From the NCBI GenBank assembly GCA_963664405.1, contig OY761158.1, forward strand, positions 5,248,001 through 5,312,000: DNA of 64,000 nucleotides. Direction: 5' to 3'. The translations under genes were made by a program, and so were the position numbers. Position 1 is the stretch's first letter, and every line of letters starts with the position of its first letter. The notes beneath the pieces were generated by a model, which did not search any database, was not told where the DNA came from, and saw only the letters and a list, made by a program, of their open reading frames with translations. Of the stretch, positions 1 to 9,665 are shown piece by piece. Source of the DNA: Thermoanaerobaculia bacterium (GTDB lineage Bacteria > Acidobacteriota > Thermoanaerobaculia > Multivoradales > Multivoraceae).

Positions 1-320
1 AGCGTAGCCGGATCTGGCTGATCACGAGCACTGCATTGATGGCGGGTGTGGTGACGGCTTTCTGTGGTCCGATCGGTTTTCTCGGTATCGCCGTGCCGCA
101 CCTCGGACGTGGCCTTCTACAGACCTCCGACCATCGGGTTCTGCTGCCTGGTATTGCACTCCTCGGGGCGAGTCTCGCCTTGATCGCGGACCTCCTGTCG
201 CGACTTCCGGGGAGCTCCCTGGTCTTGCCTCTCAACGCGATCACGGCGCTTCTCGGGGCGCCGGTGGTGATCTGGGTCATCGTGCGCCGGCGCGGCCTGC
301 GCGACTCCTTCACCGGATGA
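1..320 (+). CDS. FecCD/BtuC-family iron-siderophore/cobalamin ABC permease, 5'-truncated by the window edge
   Basis: GPIGFLGIAVPH and LPLNAITALLGAP motifs of the FecCD C-terminus; stop overlaps the next ATG (ATGA). Confidence 0.9.
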   Translation, partial: RSRIWLITSTALMAGVVTAFCGPIGFLGIAVPHLGRGLLQTSDHRVLLPGIALLGASLALIADLLSRLPGSSLVLPLNAITALLGAPVVIWVIVRRRGLRDSFTG

Positions 321-1342
321 GCTCTGTACTCGAGTGTCAGAACCTCTGCGTCGGCTATCAGCTCGGCAAGCGGGGAGATCGCCGTCTGCTCGAAGATCTG
401 AGCTTGACTCTCGAGCCCGGAGAGCTCGTTTGCGTGCTCGGCGCCAACGGAGCGGGGAAGAGCACGCTTCTGCGGACCCTGGTGGGGATGCAGTCGCCGT
501 TGGCAGGAAAGGTCCTCCTCGAAGGCGAAGAGCTTCGGAGGCTCCCAGCGGCGTCGATCGCGCGGCGGGTGAGTGTGGTCCTTACCGAGCCTGTGGAGGC
601 GGGCGCCTTGATTGCCCGCGACCTGGTTGCCCTCGGGCGCTATCCCTACACCGACTGGCTCGGGCGGCTCACCCAAGAGGATCACGCTCGGGTGGACTGG
701 GCGCTCGAGTCGGTGGGGGCTGGAGCACTAGCCCAGCGTCGTGTCGCCAACCTCAGTGACGGCGAGCGTCAGCGTGTGCTGATCGCGAGAGCGCTTGCTC
801 AGGAGCCATTGCTGATGGTTCTCGACGAGCCGACAGCCTTCTTGGATCTGCCTAGCCGCATCGAGACCCTTGGGCTCCTCTGGGAGCTGGCGCGTGGCTC
901 TGGTGTCGCGGTGCTTCTCGCCACTCATCATCTCGATCTCGCTCTGGACCATGCCGATCGGGTCTGGCTGCTGTCGCGTGGCGGGGGAGTTGTGTCCGCG
1001 GCTCCCGAGGACGCGGTTTTGTGCGGCGATTTGGAGAGAACCTTCGGAGCTGCGGGCCTGCGTTTCGATCAGGAGGAAGGCAGCTTCCGGCTCGAGGAGC
1101 GTGCGGAAGTGGGTCCGCGAGTGGGCGTTGAGGGCAACGGAGTAGCGCGGATCTGGACCGAGCGCGCTCTTGCGCGGGAGCGACTTTCGGTGGGCCCGCC
1201 CGCCGACGGTGACTTCGCGCGGCTGCGCATTGTCAGTGCCGGTGGGCAGAGGACCTGGGAGCTGGAAACGGAAAGCGAGAGGGTGACCTGCGGCTCGATA
1301 TACGAGGTCCTTGAACGACTTCGAGTCGGCCTCGGGAAGTGA
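317..1342 (+). CDS. ABC ATP-binding protein (FepC/BtuD-like) with C-terminal extension
   Basis: Walker A GANGAGKS, signature LSDGERQ, Walker B MVLDEP; follows the FecCD permease. Confidence 0.92.
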   Translation: MSSVLECQNLCVGYQLGKRGDRRLLEDLSLTLEPGELVCVLGANGAGKSTLLRTLVGMQSPLAGKVLLEGEELRRLPAASIARRVSVVLTEPVEAGALIARDLVALGRYPYTDWLGRLTQEDHARVDWALESVGAGALAQRRVANLSDGERQRVLIARALAQEPLLMVLDEPTAFLDLPSRIETLGLLWELARGSGVAVLLATHHLDLALDHADRVWLLSRGGGVVSAAPEDAVLCGDLERTFGAAGLRFDQEEGSFRLEERAEVGPRVGVEGNGVARIWTERALARERLSVGPPADGDFARLRIVSAGGQRTWELETESERVTCGSIYEVLERLRVGLGK

Positions 1343-1361
1343 TCGCGATGATTCTCCGAGG

Positions 1362-1883
1362 CTACTCTCTGAGTTTGGCGTAAAGGAGCTCATCCATGAG
1401 CTCACCGTTCTTGAGAACGCCGCCTCGCTTTGTGCCTTCGTAGTGAAAGCCCGCCTTCTCGAGGACGCGGGCGGAGCCGACGTTCGGGGAGAAAACGCCG
1501 GCATGAACCCGAATGAGGTCGAGGTCTCTGAATGCGTACTCACACATTCGTGAGACGGCGGCCGTAGCGACGCCGAGGCCCCAATACTCCTTTCCCAGCC
1601 AGTAGCCGAGCTCAGCCGAGTGTCGGTAGACATCTTTTTCGGCCTCCAAGCCAATGCCGCCGATAGCGTCGTCGCCGTAGGCGATGGCGAAATTTCGGCG
1701 TGGCTTCTCGGCCAGGCTGCGGCGGATCCACAGCGTGGCGTCGTCTCCTGTGTAGGGGCTCGGAAAGCGCTCTCTGAGCCAGCGCGCGACGCTAGGGTCG
1801 TTGGCGTGACGCACCAGCGAGAGGCGATCGCCGATGCGAAAGTCGCGCAGGCGGTAGCCTTCGGCGACAAGAGGTAGGTCCAT
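1362..1883 (-). CDS. GNAT N-acetyltransferase, RimJ/RimL type
   Basis: AELGYWLGKEYWGLGVAT and NVGSARVLEKAGF motifs. Confidence 0.9.
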   Translation of the reverse strand: MDLPLVAEGYRLRDFRIGDRLSLVRHANDPSVARWLRERFPSPYTGDDATLWIRRSLAEKPRRNFAIAYGDDAIGGIGLEAEKDVYRHSAELGYWLGKEYWGLGVATAAVSRMCEYAFRDLDLIRVHAGVFSPNVGSARVLEKAGFHYEGTKRGGVLKNGELMDELLYAKLRE

Positions 1884-1922
1884 GGGCGTTCGGCTTCGAG
1901 CCCCGAGTCCCTTAGGCGAGAC

Positions 1923-2630
1923 TCAGCTCAGCAACCAGCCGCCATCGACATCGATGGTGGTGCCGGTGACGAAGTCGTTCTTGATCAAGAAGAGAATGCC
2001 CGCCGCGACCTCCTCGGGCAGACCCGGTCGCGGTATGAGGTGTTTGCTGGTAGCCCCGCCAAGCATGGTCGCTCGACGCTCGCGATCGGGCCCGAACATC
2101 GGCGTATTGATGACGCCCGGCGAGACCACATTCAGCCGCCGCGGCCCTATCTCGGGAGCAACCGCCCTGACAAATTGCTCGACCGCGCCACCCACCGAAG
2201 CAATGGCCGACTGGCCGGGCTTTGCACGGCGGGCGGGCGCTCCGCTGACAAGCACGATGGTTCCGTCTTCCGCCATATGGTGTGTGCCGAGGCGGACCGT
2301 GTTGGTGTAGCCCCAGAGCTTGTCGAAGGCGCCTTGATAGCCGTCCAGATCCATCTCGAGGAAGGGGCCGCTTGGCCGCTTGCCGCCGGTCGCCGCGTTG
2401 ACCAGAATGTCGAAGGGGGCGTGCTCGGCGAAGAGGCTCTCCAGCGCATCGCGATCACGGACGTCGCAAGCCGCGAGACTGATGCCGCCGCCGGCGGCCT
2501 CGCTGGCCCGATCCGGGTCGCGACTGATCGCCACGATCGTCGCCCCTTCGGCCACCAGGGCTTGGGCCGTTGCCAGCCCGATGCCGGAGGTGCCGCCAAA
2601 AACAAGTGCCTTCTTTCCTGCGATGTCCAT
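1923..2630 (-). CDS. SDR family oxidoreductase
   Basis: GGTSGIG nucleotide-binding motif, NVVSPG, C-terminal VTGTTIDVDGG. Confidence 0.9.
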   Translation of the reverse strand: MDIAGKKALVFGGTSGIGLATAQALVAEGATIVAISRDPDRASEAAGGGISLAACDVRDRDALESLFAEHAPFDILVNAATGGKRPSGPFLEMDLDGYQGAFDKLWGYTNTVRLGTHHMAEDGTIVLVSGAPARRAKPGQSAIASVGGAVEQFVRAVAPEIGPRRLNVVSPGVINTPMFGPDRERRATMLGGATSKHLIPRPGLPEEVAAGILFLIKNDFVTGTTIDVDGGWLLS

Positions 2631-2648
2631 TGAGATTACCCTTACTTT

Positions 2649-3278
2649 CTAGTGGTTGTCTGAGAGCGGTTTTGGCGAAGGTTGGCGCATCGGTAGGTGG
2701 CCGGGTAGGGCCGAGATCCTCTCGATCCAGGCGCGGATCGCCGGAAAACCTTCGAGCTCGAAGTCTCCTTCCGGCGCGACGTGAGTGTACGCGAAGAGAG
2801 CGATGTCGGCGATGGTGAATCGGTCGGCGACGAGGAATGGGTGGTTTTCGAGCGTTTGTTCCATCACCCTCAAAGCACGATAGCCCGGCTCTCGACGCTC
2901 GGCGAGCTTTTCGGCGTACTCGTCTCTGGCGTCGAGGTAGTGGATCCAGAAGCGCGAGGTGGCGATGAAAGGCTCGTGGCTGTACTGCTCGAAGAACAGC
3001 CATTGGAGCGCGCGCGCCCGATTCAAGGGCTGCTCCGGCAAGTAGGCTGTTCCTTCGCTGAGGTAGTAGAGGATGGCGTTGGACTCAGCGAGGTGGGAGC
3101 CGTCATCGAGCTCGAGAACAGGGATTTTGCCGTTGGGGTTCTTGGCGAGGAAGTCCTCGCTTCTCGATTCACCGGCAAGGATGTCGATATCGACCCACTG
3201 GTAAGGGCGGCCGAGGTGGGCGAGAAGAAGCTTGATCTTGTAGCAGTTGCCGGACTCGCTGTCACCGTAGAGCTTCAC
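2649..3278 (-). CDS. Glutathione S-transferase family protein
   Basis: SGNCYKI, NPNGKIPVL, ESNAI, TIADIAL motifs; GTG start. Confidence 0.92.
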   Translation of the reverse strand: MKLYGDSESGNCYKIKLLLAHLGRPYQWVDIDILAGESRSEDFLAKNPNGKIPVLELDDGSHLAESNAILYYLSEGTAYLPEQPLNRARALQWLFFEQYSHEPFIATSRFWIHYLDARDEYAEKLAERREPGYRALRVMEQTLENHPFLVADRFTIADIALFAYTHVAPEGDFELEGFPAIRAWIERISALPGHLPMRQPSPKPLSDNH

Positions 3279-3418
3279 GGATCCGAGTTTAGAGGATCGA
3301 GGAGAGAAGTTCCGCGGATCGGTGGACCCGTTATCCGGGGCTCATGGGGTAGCCTAGGAACGCGAGTGGGAGCGACTCGGACTCGAGAGATGAACCCTCT
3401 TAGGATCGGCCAGCGGCG

Positions 3419-4561
3419 ATGAAGCTTGCGACACTCTTCGTGCTGGCGCTGGTTCTGTCCGCGGTGGCACTGGATCGGTATCCGCATCCGTGGGCCTGGA
3501 TCCTGCCGACATTCTCCGTGGTGCTTGCGCTGTCGGCGTGGCAGAGCCGCGGAAGGGTGCGCTTTGTGTTTCTCAATCTGGCTGCCGTTGTTGCTACTTT
3601 GGCAGCGGTCGAGCTTGCGTGGCAGCTCCCTTCACTCGGTGGCCAGAGCCCGGGGCGCGCCGGTAGCACACGGTCCGGCCCCTATTATCGGACTCTGCCC
3701 GTGTTGGGTTACGCCGGCGCCAAAGGAGCCTCTGTGTCGGAGACCGCGACTTTCGAAGAGGAGAAGATTTACGACGTCGTTTACACGACCGATGAGAACG
3801 GGTTGCGCATCTCAGCGCCGAGGAGCGGTCGTGAGGAGGCTTCGGTCCTCTTTTTCGGGTGCTCGTTCACTTTCGGCTGGGGGGTCCAGGACCAGGAGAC
3901 GCTGCCCTATCGGACGGGGGTCCTGAGCGCTGGGCGTTACGCGGTGAGCAATTTCGGGGTCATCGGCTACGGCCCTCATCACGCGCTGGCGACGATCGAG
4001 CAGGGCCTGGTGGAGGCTGCTGTCGAGGTGCGTCCTCGCTACGCTGTCTACTCCCTGATCGGTGACCACATATTGCGTGTCATGGGATGGGGACCTTGGA
4101 ACAATGTCAGCCCTCGCTACGCATTGAGTGACGCGGGAGGAGTCGTCTATCAGGGCCCCTTCGAAAGCACTCCGCCACCGGCCCCGAGAAACTTCGTCGA
4201 GGGTGTTACGAGACAGTTGGCGAGGTCAGCGGTGGTGAGCCGTGTTGCGCCGACTCTTGGCCAGCAACTGGAGATCGACCTGCTCGTCGAGATTCTCGCC
4301 CAGGCGGGTAGGCGCCTGGAAGAGCTTTACCCCGGTCTCGAGTTTCACGTGCTGGTTTGGGACCCTAACGATCGTCGAATCAATAGGGCCTCTCGCGCAC
4401 TCCGAGCTCGCGGTCTTCGGGTCCACCTGGTTTCGGAGGCGCTTCCAGGCTACGCCAAGGATGCCGACCGGTTCCACATTCCTCACGATGGCCACCCGAC
4501 AGCCCGCGCCTATGACGGCTTGGCGCGTTACCTGACGGCCGAGGTTCTGACCGATCGCTAG
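3419..4561 (+). CDS. Membrane-anchored SGNH/GDSL hydrolase-like protein
   Basis: N-terminal hydrophobic helices; FFGCSFTFG block I, NFGVIGYG block II, DGHP catalytic motif. Confidence 0.8.
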   Translation: MKLATLFVLALVLSAVALDRYPHPWAWILPTFSVVLALSAWQSRGRVRFVFLNLAAVVATLAAVELAWQLPSLGGQSPGRAGSTRSGPYYRTLPVLGYAGAKGASVSETATFEEEKIYDVVYTTDENGLRISAPRSGREEASVLFFGCSFTFGWGVQDQETLPYRTGVLSAGRYAVSNFGVIGYGPHHALATIEQGLVEAAVEVRPRYAVYSLIGDHILRVMGWGPWNNVSPRYALSDAGGVVYQGPFESTPPPAPRNFVEGVTRQLARSAVVSRVAPTLGQQLEIDLLVEILAQAGRRLEELYPGLEFHVLVWDPNDRRINRASRALRARGLRVHLVSEALPGYAKDADRFHIPHDGHPTARAYDGLARYLTAEVLTDR

Positions 4562-4657
4562 GTGGCTGCCGGCCGCCGTCCGATGGTAGAAAGGGGACAA
4601 CAGAGCGTCGATCCTACAAATTCGTGTCATCGCAACGAGGGAAGAAGGGAGCGAAGG

Positions 4658-6310
4658 ATGAGCGTAGAGAGAGCGCGCCGCAAATATTGGGGATGGGGTT
4701 TTGTCGGTCAAGGCCTCACCGAGCCGGAGTGCGAGGCGCTGCGTCGGCGAGTCGCGCAACAGTACGCCGTTGACGAGCTGACGGGGCCCTCGGTACCGAA
4801 GGTCGAGGAGATCGAGCTTGCAGCGCCTCGCCTGCAGGCGCCAGGCAGCTTGGGAGAGATCTGTACTACCGATCCTTGGGAGCGTCTCGTGCACAGCTAC
4901 GGTCGCTCGTTTCCTGACTCTGTGCGAGTGTTTCGGCGCTCGTTTCCGAATCCTCCAGATGTGGTGGCCTTTCCGGAGACCGAGGAAGAAGTTGTCGATG
5001 TCTTGGACTGGGCCGACGGTGCGGGCGCGGCGGCGATTCCCTTTGGCGCCGGTTCCAGTGTTGTCGGGGGGGTAGAGCCGGCGGTCGGGTCGAGTTACAG
5101 CGGGGCCATCTCGATCGATCTCAGCCGTCTCAACAAGATCCTCGAGGTCGACAAGATTAGCCGTGCGGCGAGGATCCAGGCGGGAGCGCGGGGGCCCGAG
5201 CTCGAGGCGCAGCTCAAACCGCACGGCTATACCCTGCGCCACTTCCCGCAGAGCTTCGAGCATTCGACGCTGGGTGGCTGGATCGCAACTCGATCGGGAG
5301 GACACTTTGCAACTCTCTACACTCACATCGACGACTTCGTCGAGTCCACTCGCACGGTCACTCCACGGGGCATTCTAGAGTCCCGTCGGCTCCCCGGCTC
5401 GGGGGCCGGCCCCAGCCCCGATCGCATGATTCTCGGCTCTGAAGGCATCCTCGGCATCATCACCGAGGCCTGGATGCGAGTCCAGGACCGGCCGTCACAC
5501 CGAGAGTCCCGAGCTGTCCTCTTTCCTACGATGGCGGCTGGTGCGGAGGCGGTCCGAGCTCTGTCGCAGGCCGGTCTCTATCCTTCCAATTGCCGACTCA
5601 TCGATGCGCAGGAGACGGCCAGCGCCGGGGCGGGGGAGGGCGAACAGGCGTTGCTTGTATTGGGCTTCGAATCCGCGGACCACCCGGTGGGTACCTGGAT
5701 GGCGCGGACGCTGGAGTTAGCGGGCGATCACGGCGGCAATTGGGAGGAGCCGGGAGACGCAGTGGCTTCTCATCGTAGTGGTGCGGTCGGGGCCTGGCGG
5801 GAGGCCTTCATTCGCGCACCTTTTTCTCGCGAAGTGACAGTGCCGTGGGGGGTGATTGGCGAGACTTTCGAGACAGCGATCACCTGGGACCGTTTCGAGA
5901 GCTTCCACGACACCTTGAAGGAGCGCGTAGCGGGTGTGATTGAGGAGGTCACCGGGCGCCCAGGTCGTGTTACCTGCCGCTTTACCCATGCCTACCCCGA
6001 CGGTCCGGCGCCGTACTTCAGTTACCAGGGGCTCGGGACCTTCGACGGTGCGCTGGAGCAATGGCGTGAGATCAAGGCTGCCGCAAACGAGGTCGTCGTG
6101 CAGGAGGGAGGAACGATTACTCACCATCACGCGGTAGGTCGCGACCACCGGCCGGCGGGCTACGATCGACAGTCCCCGGCCCTCTTTCGGGAGGCGTTGA
6201 GGGCGGCGAAAAAGGCGCTTGACCCCAATGGGATCCTGAACCCGGGGGTGTTGATCGATCCGGATGGGCGAGAAGTCGGCGTAACCGGGGCGATGGACGA
6301 GCGTGAGTAG
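4658..6310 (+). CDS. FAD-binding oxidoreductase, alkyl-DHAP synthase-like (VAO/PCMH family)
   Basis: PFGAGSSVVGG, HFPQSFEHSTLGGWIATRSGG, GSEGILGII, THHHAVG, LNPG; ATG at 4658 after a purine-rich RBS. Confidence 0.88.
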   Translation: MSVERARRKYWGWGFVGQGLTEPECEALRRRVAQQYAVDELTGPSVPKVEEIELAAPRLQAPGSLGEICTTDPWERLVHSYGRSFPDSVRVFRRSFPNPPDVVAFPETEEEVVDVLDWADGAGAAAIPFGAGSSVVGGVEPAVGSSYSGAISIDLSRLNKILEVDKISRAARIQAGARGPELEAQLKPHGYTLRHFPQSFEHSTLGGWIATRSGGHFATLYTHIDDFVESTRTVTPRGILESRRLPGSGAGPSPDRMILGSEGILGIITEAWMRVQDRPSHRESRAVLFPTMAAGAEAVRALSQAGLYPSNCRLIDAQETASAGAGEGEQALLVLGFESADHPVGTWMARTLELAGDHGGNWEEPGDAVASHRSGAVGAWREAFIRAPFSREVTVPWGVIGETFETAITWDRFESFHDTLKERVAGVIEEVTGRPGRVTCRFTHAYPDGPAPYFSYQGLGTFDGALEQWREIKAAANEVVVQEGGTITHHHAVGRDHRPAGYDRQSPALFREALRAAKKALDPNGILNPGVLIDPDGREVGVTGAMDERE

Positions 6311-7679
6311 AGTCTTGGCCAGGCGGGCGGTCGTGGTTGGAACGATTGCGCTGGCTGTGACGGTTCCGTCTCTCGGGGCGGAGAGTCTGCGCGGCTATCT
6401 AGTGGTGCAGGGGGACCGAGTCCTCGCAGCCGAGAATCCAGACCTTCTCTTTACACCGGCATCGGTGTTGAAGCTGGTGGTGGCATCTGCGGCGTTGCAT
6501 CACTTGGGAGCGGACTACTCGGTGAGGACCGAGGTGCGGGTGCAAGCGCCGATTGTCGATGGTGTGCTTCGAGGCGACCTCGTCTTGCTGGCGGCAGGAG
6601 ACCCGAGTTGGAGCGAGGAGTTCTTCGAAGAGGGTGCCGAGACCCCGATCTCGAGATTGGCCGAACAGGTCGCGGGCGAGGTCGAAGTCATCGAGGGTGA
6701 CCTGGTCGTGGATCTGCACCGGTTTCCGGGGAGGCGCCATGCGCCGAGCAGACCTCAGATTGAGTTGGGTGTGGGCTTTGCGGCCCCGACCGCGGGGCTG
6801 GCGCTCGAGGCCAATGCTTTTGAGGTGCGTATCGCCCCCGGTTCCAGGGTCGGAGCGCCGGGAGTGGTGTCTACCGGCGCGGCGGTGGAGTTGGTCAACG
6901 AGATTTTGACCGTTGGCTCGTCTCGCGACGGCAAGGGGAACGTGGACTTCCTTCCGGAGTGGGGATCGCCGAGGGTGCGCGTCAAGGGCGAGTATCCGAT
7001 CAGCGAGGGGAGCTATCGAGTGGTCACGAGCCACCCGGCGCCGGAGCTCCATGTCGGCGAGCGCCTTCGCCATCATCTCGTGGAGGCCGGTGTCGAAGTG
7101 CGCGGAGTGGTTCGCGTTAGCTCGGAAGCGCAGGCGGGGCGGCGTGTACTGGCGCACTTCAATTCACCTTCTCTAGCCAAGATACTCGTGCCGGTTCTCG
7201 AAGACAGTGCCAACTGGGTCGCGGAGATGGTGCTGCAGGTGTTGGCGCTGGAGGTTCTGGGTGAGGGGAGGCTAGACGACGGAGTCGAGTTGCTCGAGAG
7301 CTTCTTGTTGGAGGAGGTTGTACTCCCCGTGGGAAGCTTCGCGCTCGAAGATGCGTCGGGTCTTTCTCCCTACAATCTGATCGCGCCGCGGGCGGTGGTC
7401 GGTCTTCTTCGTTTCGCCTCGAGGCAGACGTGGCGGGGCGCTCTTTTCGATTCGCTTCCGTCATCGGGAGAGGGGACCTTGTCGATGTGGCCTCGGCTCG
7501 CTGTCCGGCAGGCGAAGACAGGCACGATCACTCATACCCTGGCACTGGCGGGAGTCTTAGGAGACGGCGACGAGGAGCCGGCCTTCTTCGCGGTCTTTCT
7601 CAACCACGACCTTCGAGAGCGACCGGAGCAGCGGGCTGAGATCGCGAAATTGTTGAGTGAGTGGAAGTTAGAGATGTAG
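6303..7679 (+). CDS. dacB: D-alanyl-D-alanine carboxypeptidase/endopeptidase (PBP4, peptidase S13)
   Basis: Signal peptide; SxxK (ASVLK), SxN (SAN), DASGLS, KTG motifs. Confidence 0.88.
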   Translation: MSRVLARRAVVVGTIALAVTVPSLGAESLRGYLVVQGDRVLAAENPDLLFTPASVLKLVVASAALHHLGADYSVRTEVRVQAPIVDGVLRGDLVLLAAGDPSWSEEFFEEGAETPISRLAEQVAGEVEVIEGDLVVDLHRFPGRRHAPSRPQIELGVGFAAPTAGLALEANAFEVRIAPGSRVGAPGVVSTGAAVELVNEILTVGSSRDGKGNVDFLPEWGSPRVRVKGEYPISEGSYRVVTSHPAPELHVGERLRHHLVEAGVEVRGVVRVSSEAQAGRRVLAHFNSPSLAKILVPVLEDSANWVAEMVLQVLALEVLGEGRLDDGVELLESFLLEEVVLPVGSFALEDASGLSPYNLIAPRAVVGLLRFASRQTWRGALFDSLPSSGEGTLSMWPRLAVRQAKTGTITHTLALAGVLGDGDEEPAFFAVFLNHDLRERPEQRAEIAKLLSEWKLEM

Positions 7680-7688
7680 GGTGTCTCG

Positions 7689-8408
7689 ATGGCGATGGAG
7701 ATAGCGAGAGCTTCTACACCGCTGGTAGCTCGCAATTTGGGAGAGTTGATGGCTCAGGGCTTCACGATCTCACCTCCGTTGCTGTTCGAGACCGAGCTTT
7801 CCCCTCTCCGAGAGGTCGTAGATGGGATGCAGTTGAACAGTAAGACGCGCGGCGGCGTACGGAATCTCCTGCGGAGTAGTCGGGTGCTGGCTCGAGCGGT
7901 CGAGGAGGGGCCGATAGCAAAATTTGCCCGCTCACTGGCGGGCGCCGGAGCTCGTGCTACCAAGCTCACTCTGTTCAACAAGTCACGGCAGGCGAACTGG
8001 ACAATCCGATGGCATCAGGATGCCATGATCGCCGTAGCGTAGCGGCGGGAGGCGCGGGGTTTTCGTGGTTGGTCGGAGAAAGAAGGCGTCGTGCACGTTC
8101 GACCGCCAGCGCATGTTCTCGAGTCCATTGTCGCGCTCAGGGTTCACCTAGACGATACCCCAGCGTTGAATGGTCCCCTTCGGGTGCTGCCGGGCACGCA
8201 TGTTATGGGGTTGCTCGACCGCGAGCAGATCGAGAGCTGTCGGAGGGAGCATAGGGAGGTCGTGTGCGAAGTGGCGGCGGGCGGTGTAATGGCGATGAAG
8301 CCTCTGCTGCTGCACGCCTCGTCGAAAGCCGCAGTCGCGGCGAGCCGTCGCGTGCTCCATGTCGAGTACAGTGCCACTGATCTTCCGAATGGTCTGAAGT
8401 GGGCGTAG
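7689..8408 (+). pseudogene. Phytanoyl-CoA dioxygenase (PhyH) family gene interrupted by an in-frame TAG at 8040-8042
   Basis: ORFs 7689-8042 and 8091-8408 are in the same frame; read-through gives WHQDAMIAVA*RREARGFRGWSEKEGVVHVRPP...RVHLDD...NGPLRVLPGTH...LLLHAS...RRVLH (HxD...H facial triad). Confidence 0.8.
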
Positions 8409-8444
8409 ACGGCACGACGTTCGGGGTGCGCGCTGCCATACCCG

Positions 8445-8468
8445 GTTGTTGTTGTTGTTGTTGTTGTT
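8445..8468. repeat. (GTT)8 microsatellite
   Basis: Eight perfect GTT units directly abutting the left inverted repeat of the HUH element. Confidence 0.97.
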
Positions 8469-8570
8469 AGGTGCCACCCACTTAGTTGTTGGAGGCCTCC
8501 GACCCCTGTGCGCGGCGTTGGAATCGGCCTCTTGCAAGGCTCCCAGCGAAGACTACGTCCTCTAAGGCTA

Positions 8571-8854
8571 GGAGGAATTTTCACAAGGTGCGTAAACGAA
8601 GAGGACTCGTAGCAAACCGGCTGGTCGAGGTCACGACCAGGACGACACAGGGGCGCTTTCTGCTCCGCCCTTCGAGAGAAGCGAATCGGATCATCCTGGG
8701 CGTTATCGGTCGGGAGGAATTTTCACAAGGTGCGTAAACGAAGAGGACTCGTAGCAAACCGGCTGGTCGAGGTCACGACCAGGACGACACAGGGGCGCTT
8801 TCTGCTCCGCCCTTCGAGAGAAGCGAATCGGATCATCCTGGGCGTTATCGGTCG
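8571..8854 (+). repeat. Exact 142-bp tandem duplication (8571-8712 / 8713-8854) of the transposase leader and 5' end
   Basis: Both copies start GGAGGAATTTTCACAAGGTGCG and end GGCGTTATCGGTCG. Confidence 0.97.
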
Positions 8855-9665
8855 CGCTCAACGGCGCACCGGAATGAAGATATGCGGGCTCGCTGTTCTC
8901 TCGAATCACTACCACATGCTGGTCGTCCCCGAGAGTACGGAGCAGCTGAGCGACTTCATGGAGTATGTGAATGGCAACATCGCTCGCAAGTTGGGCATCC
9001 TCCACGACTGGCCTGGAAAGTTCTGGGCTCGGCGCTACAGCCACATCATCGTCTCGGATGAAGAGGAAGCTCAGATCGGGCGCCTGAAGTACCTTCTCTC
9101 TCAAGGGGGGAAAGAAGGCTTGGTCCGTCATCCAGGGGACTGGCCCGGAGTACATTGTGTGGGTCAGTTGCTTCGTGGATATCCGTACGTGTTGGGAGGA
9201 CGGTGGCAGGATCAGAGCGGGGAGTACAACGCGTGTCGGGCATCTAAGACTCTGAATTCAGAGGAGTTCCTGTTCGATGAGACAGTGCTGTTGTCGCCCC
9301 TACCTCGCCTCGAGGATTGGGGGCATAGAGACAGGGTCGAGTTGGTTCAAGTGCTATTGCGAGAGATAAACGTGGTTGTGCAGCAGCGTATTCAGGACAC
9401 AGGGAAGCTTCCGCTGGGACCGAAACGGATCCTTCGCGAGTCGCCCCACTTCCGGCCGGGGGAGTTGCGCAAGTCGCCTGCGCCGGCGTTCCACGCCGTG
9501 GCGAGGGAACACCACGAGAAGCTCCGCGAAATGTATCGGGAGTTTGTCAACGCCTACCGAGAGGCCGCGGAGCAGCTCAAACGCGGAGTGTTGGATGCGG
9601 AATTCCCGCCCGGTTGCTTCCCCCCTGGATTACCCTACCTGCCCGAGGCTCGAGCCGGACCGTAG
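8730..9665 (+). CDS. REP-associated tyrosine transposase-like (RAYT / IS200-like Y1 HUH) protein
   Basis: VEVTTRT N-terminal strand, LSNHYHMLV HUH motif, FWARRYS, candidate catalytic Tyr in RLKYLL, GLVRHPGDWP, C-terminal FPPGCF. Confidence 0.85.
   Translation: MRKRRGLVANRLVEVTTRTTQGRFLLRPSREANRIILGVIGRAQRRTGMKICGLAVLSNHYHMLVVPESTEQLSDFMEYVNGNIARKLGILHDWPGKFWARRYSHIIVSDEEEAQIGRLKYLLSQGGKEGLVRHPGDWPGVHCVGQLLRGYPYVLGGRWQDQSGEYNACRASKTLNSEEFLFDETVLLSPLPRLEDWGHRDRVELVQVLLREINVVVQQRIQDTGKLPLGPKRILRESPHFRPGELRKSPAPAFHAVAREHHEKLREMYREFVNAYREAAEQLKRGVLDAEFPPGCFPPGLPYLPEARAGP

Noticed and set aside
8040-8042. Pyrrolysine or genetic-code reassignment of TAG
   Set aside because: Many genes in the window end normally at TAG, there are no pyl genes here, and the position is not catalytic.
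8479-8488. CACTTAGTTG shared between the HUH left end and the IS21 end (31886-31895)
   Set aside because: A 10-mer match falling partly in the non-conserved part of the IS21 IR; best treated as chance.
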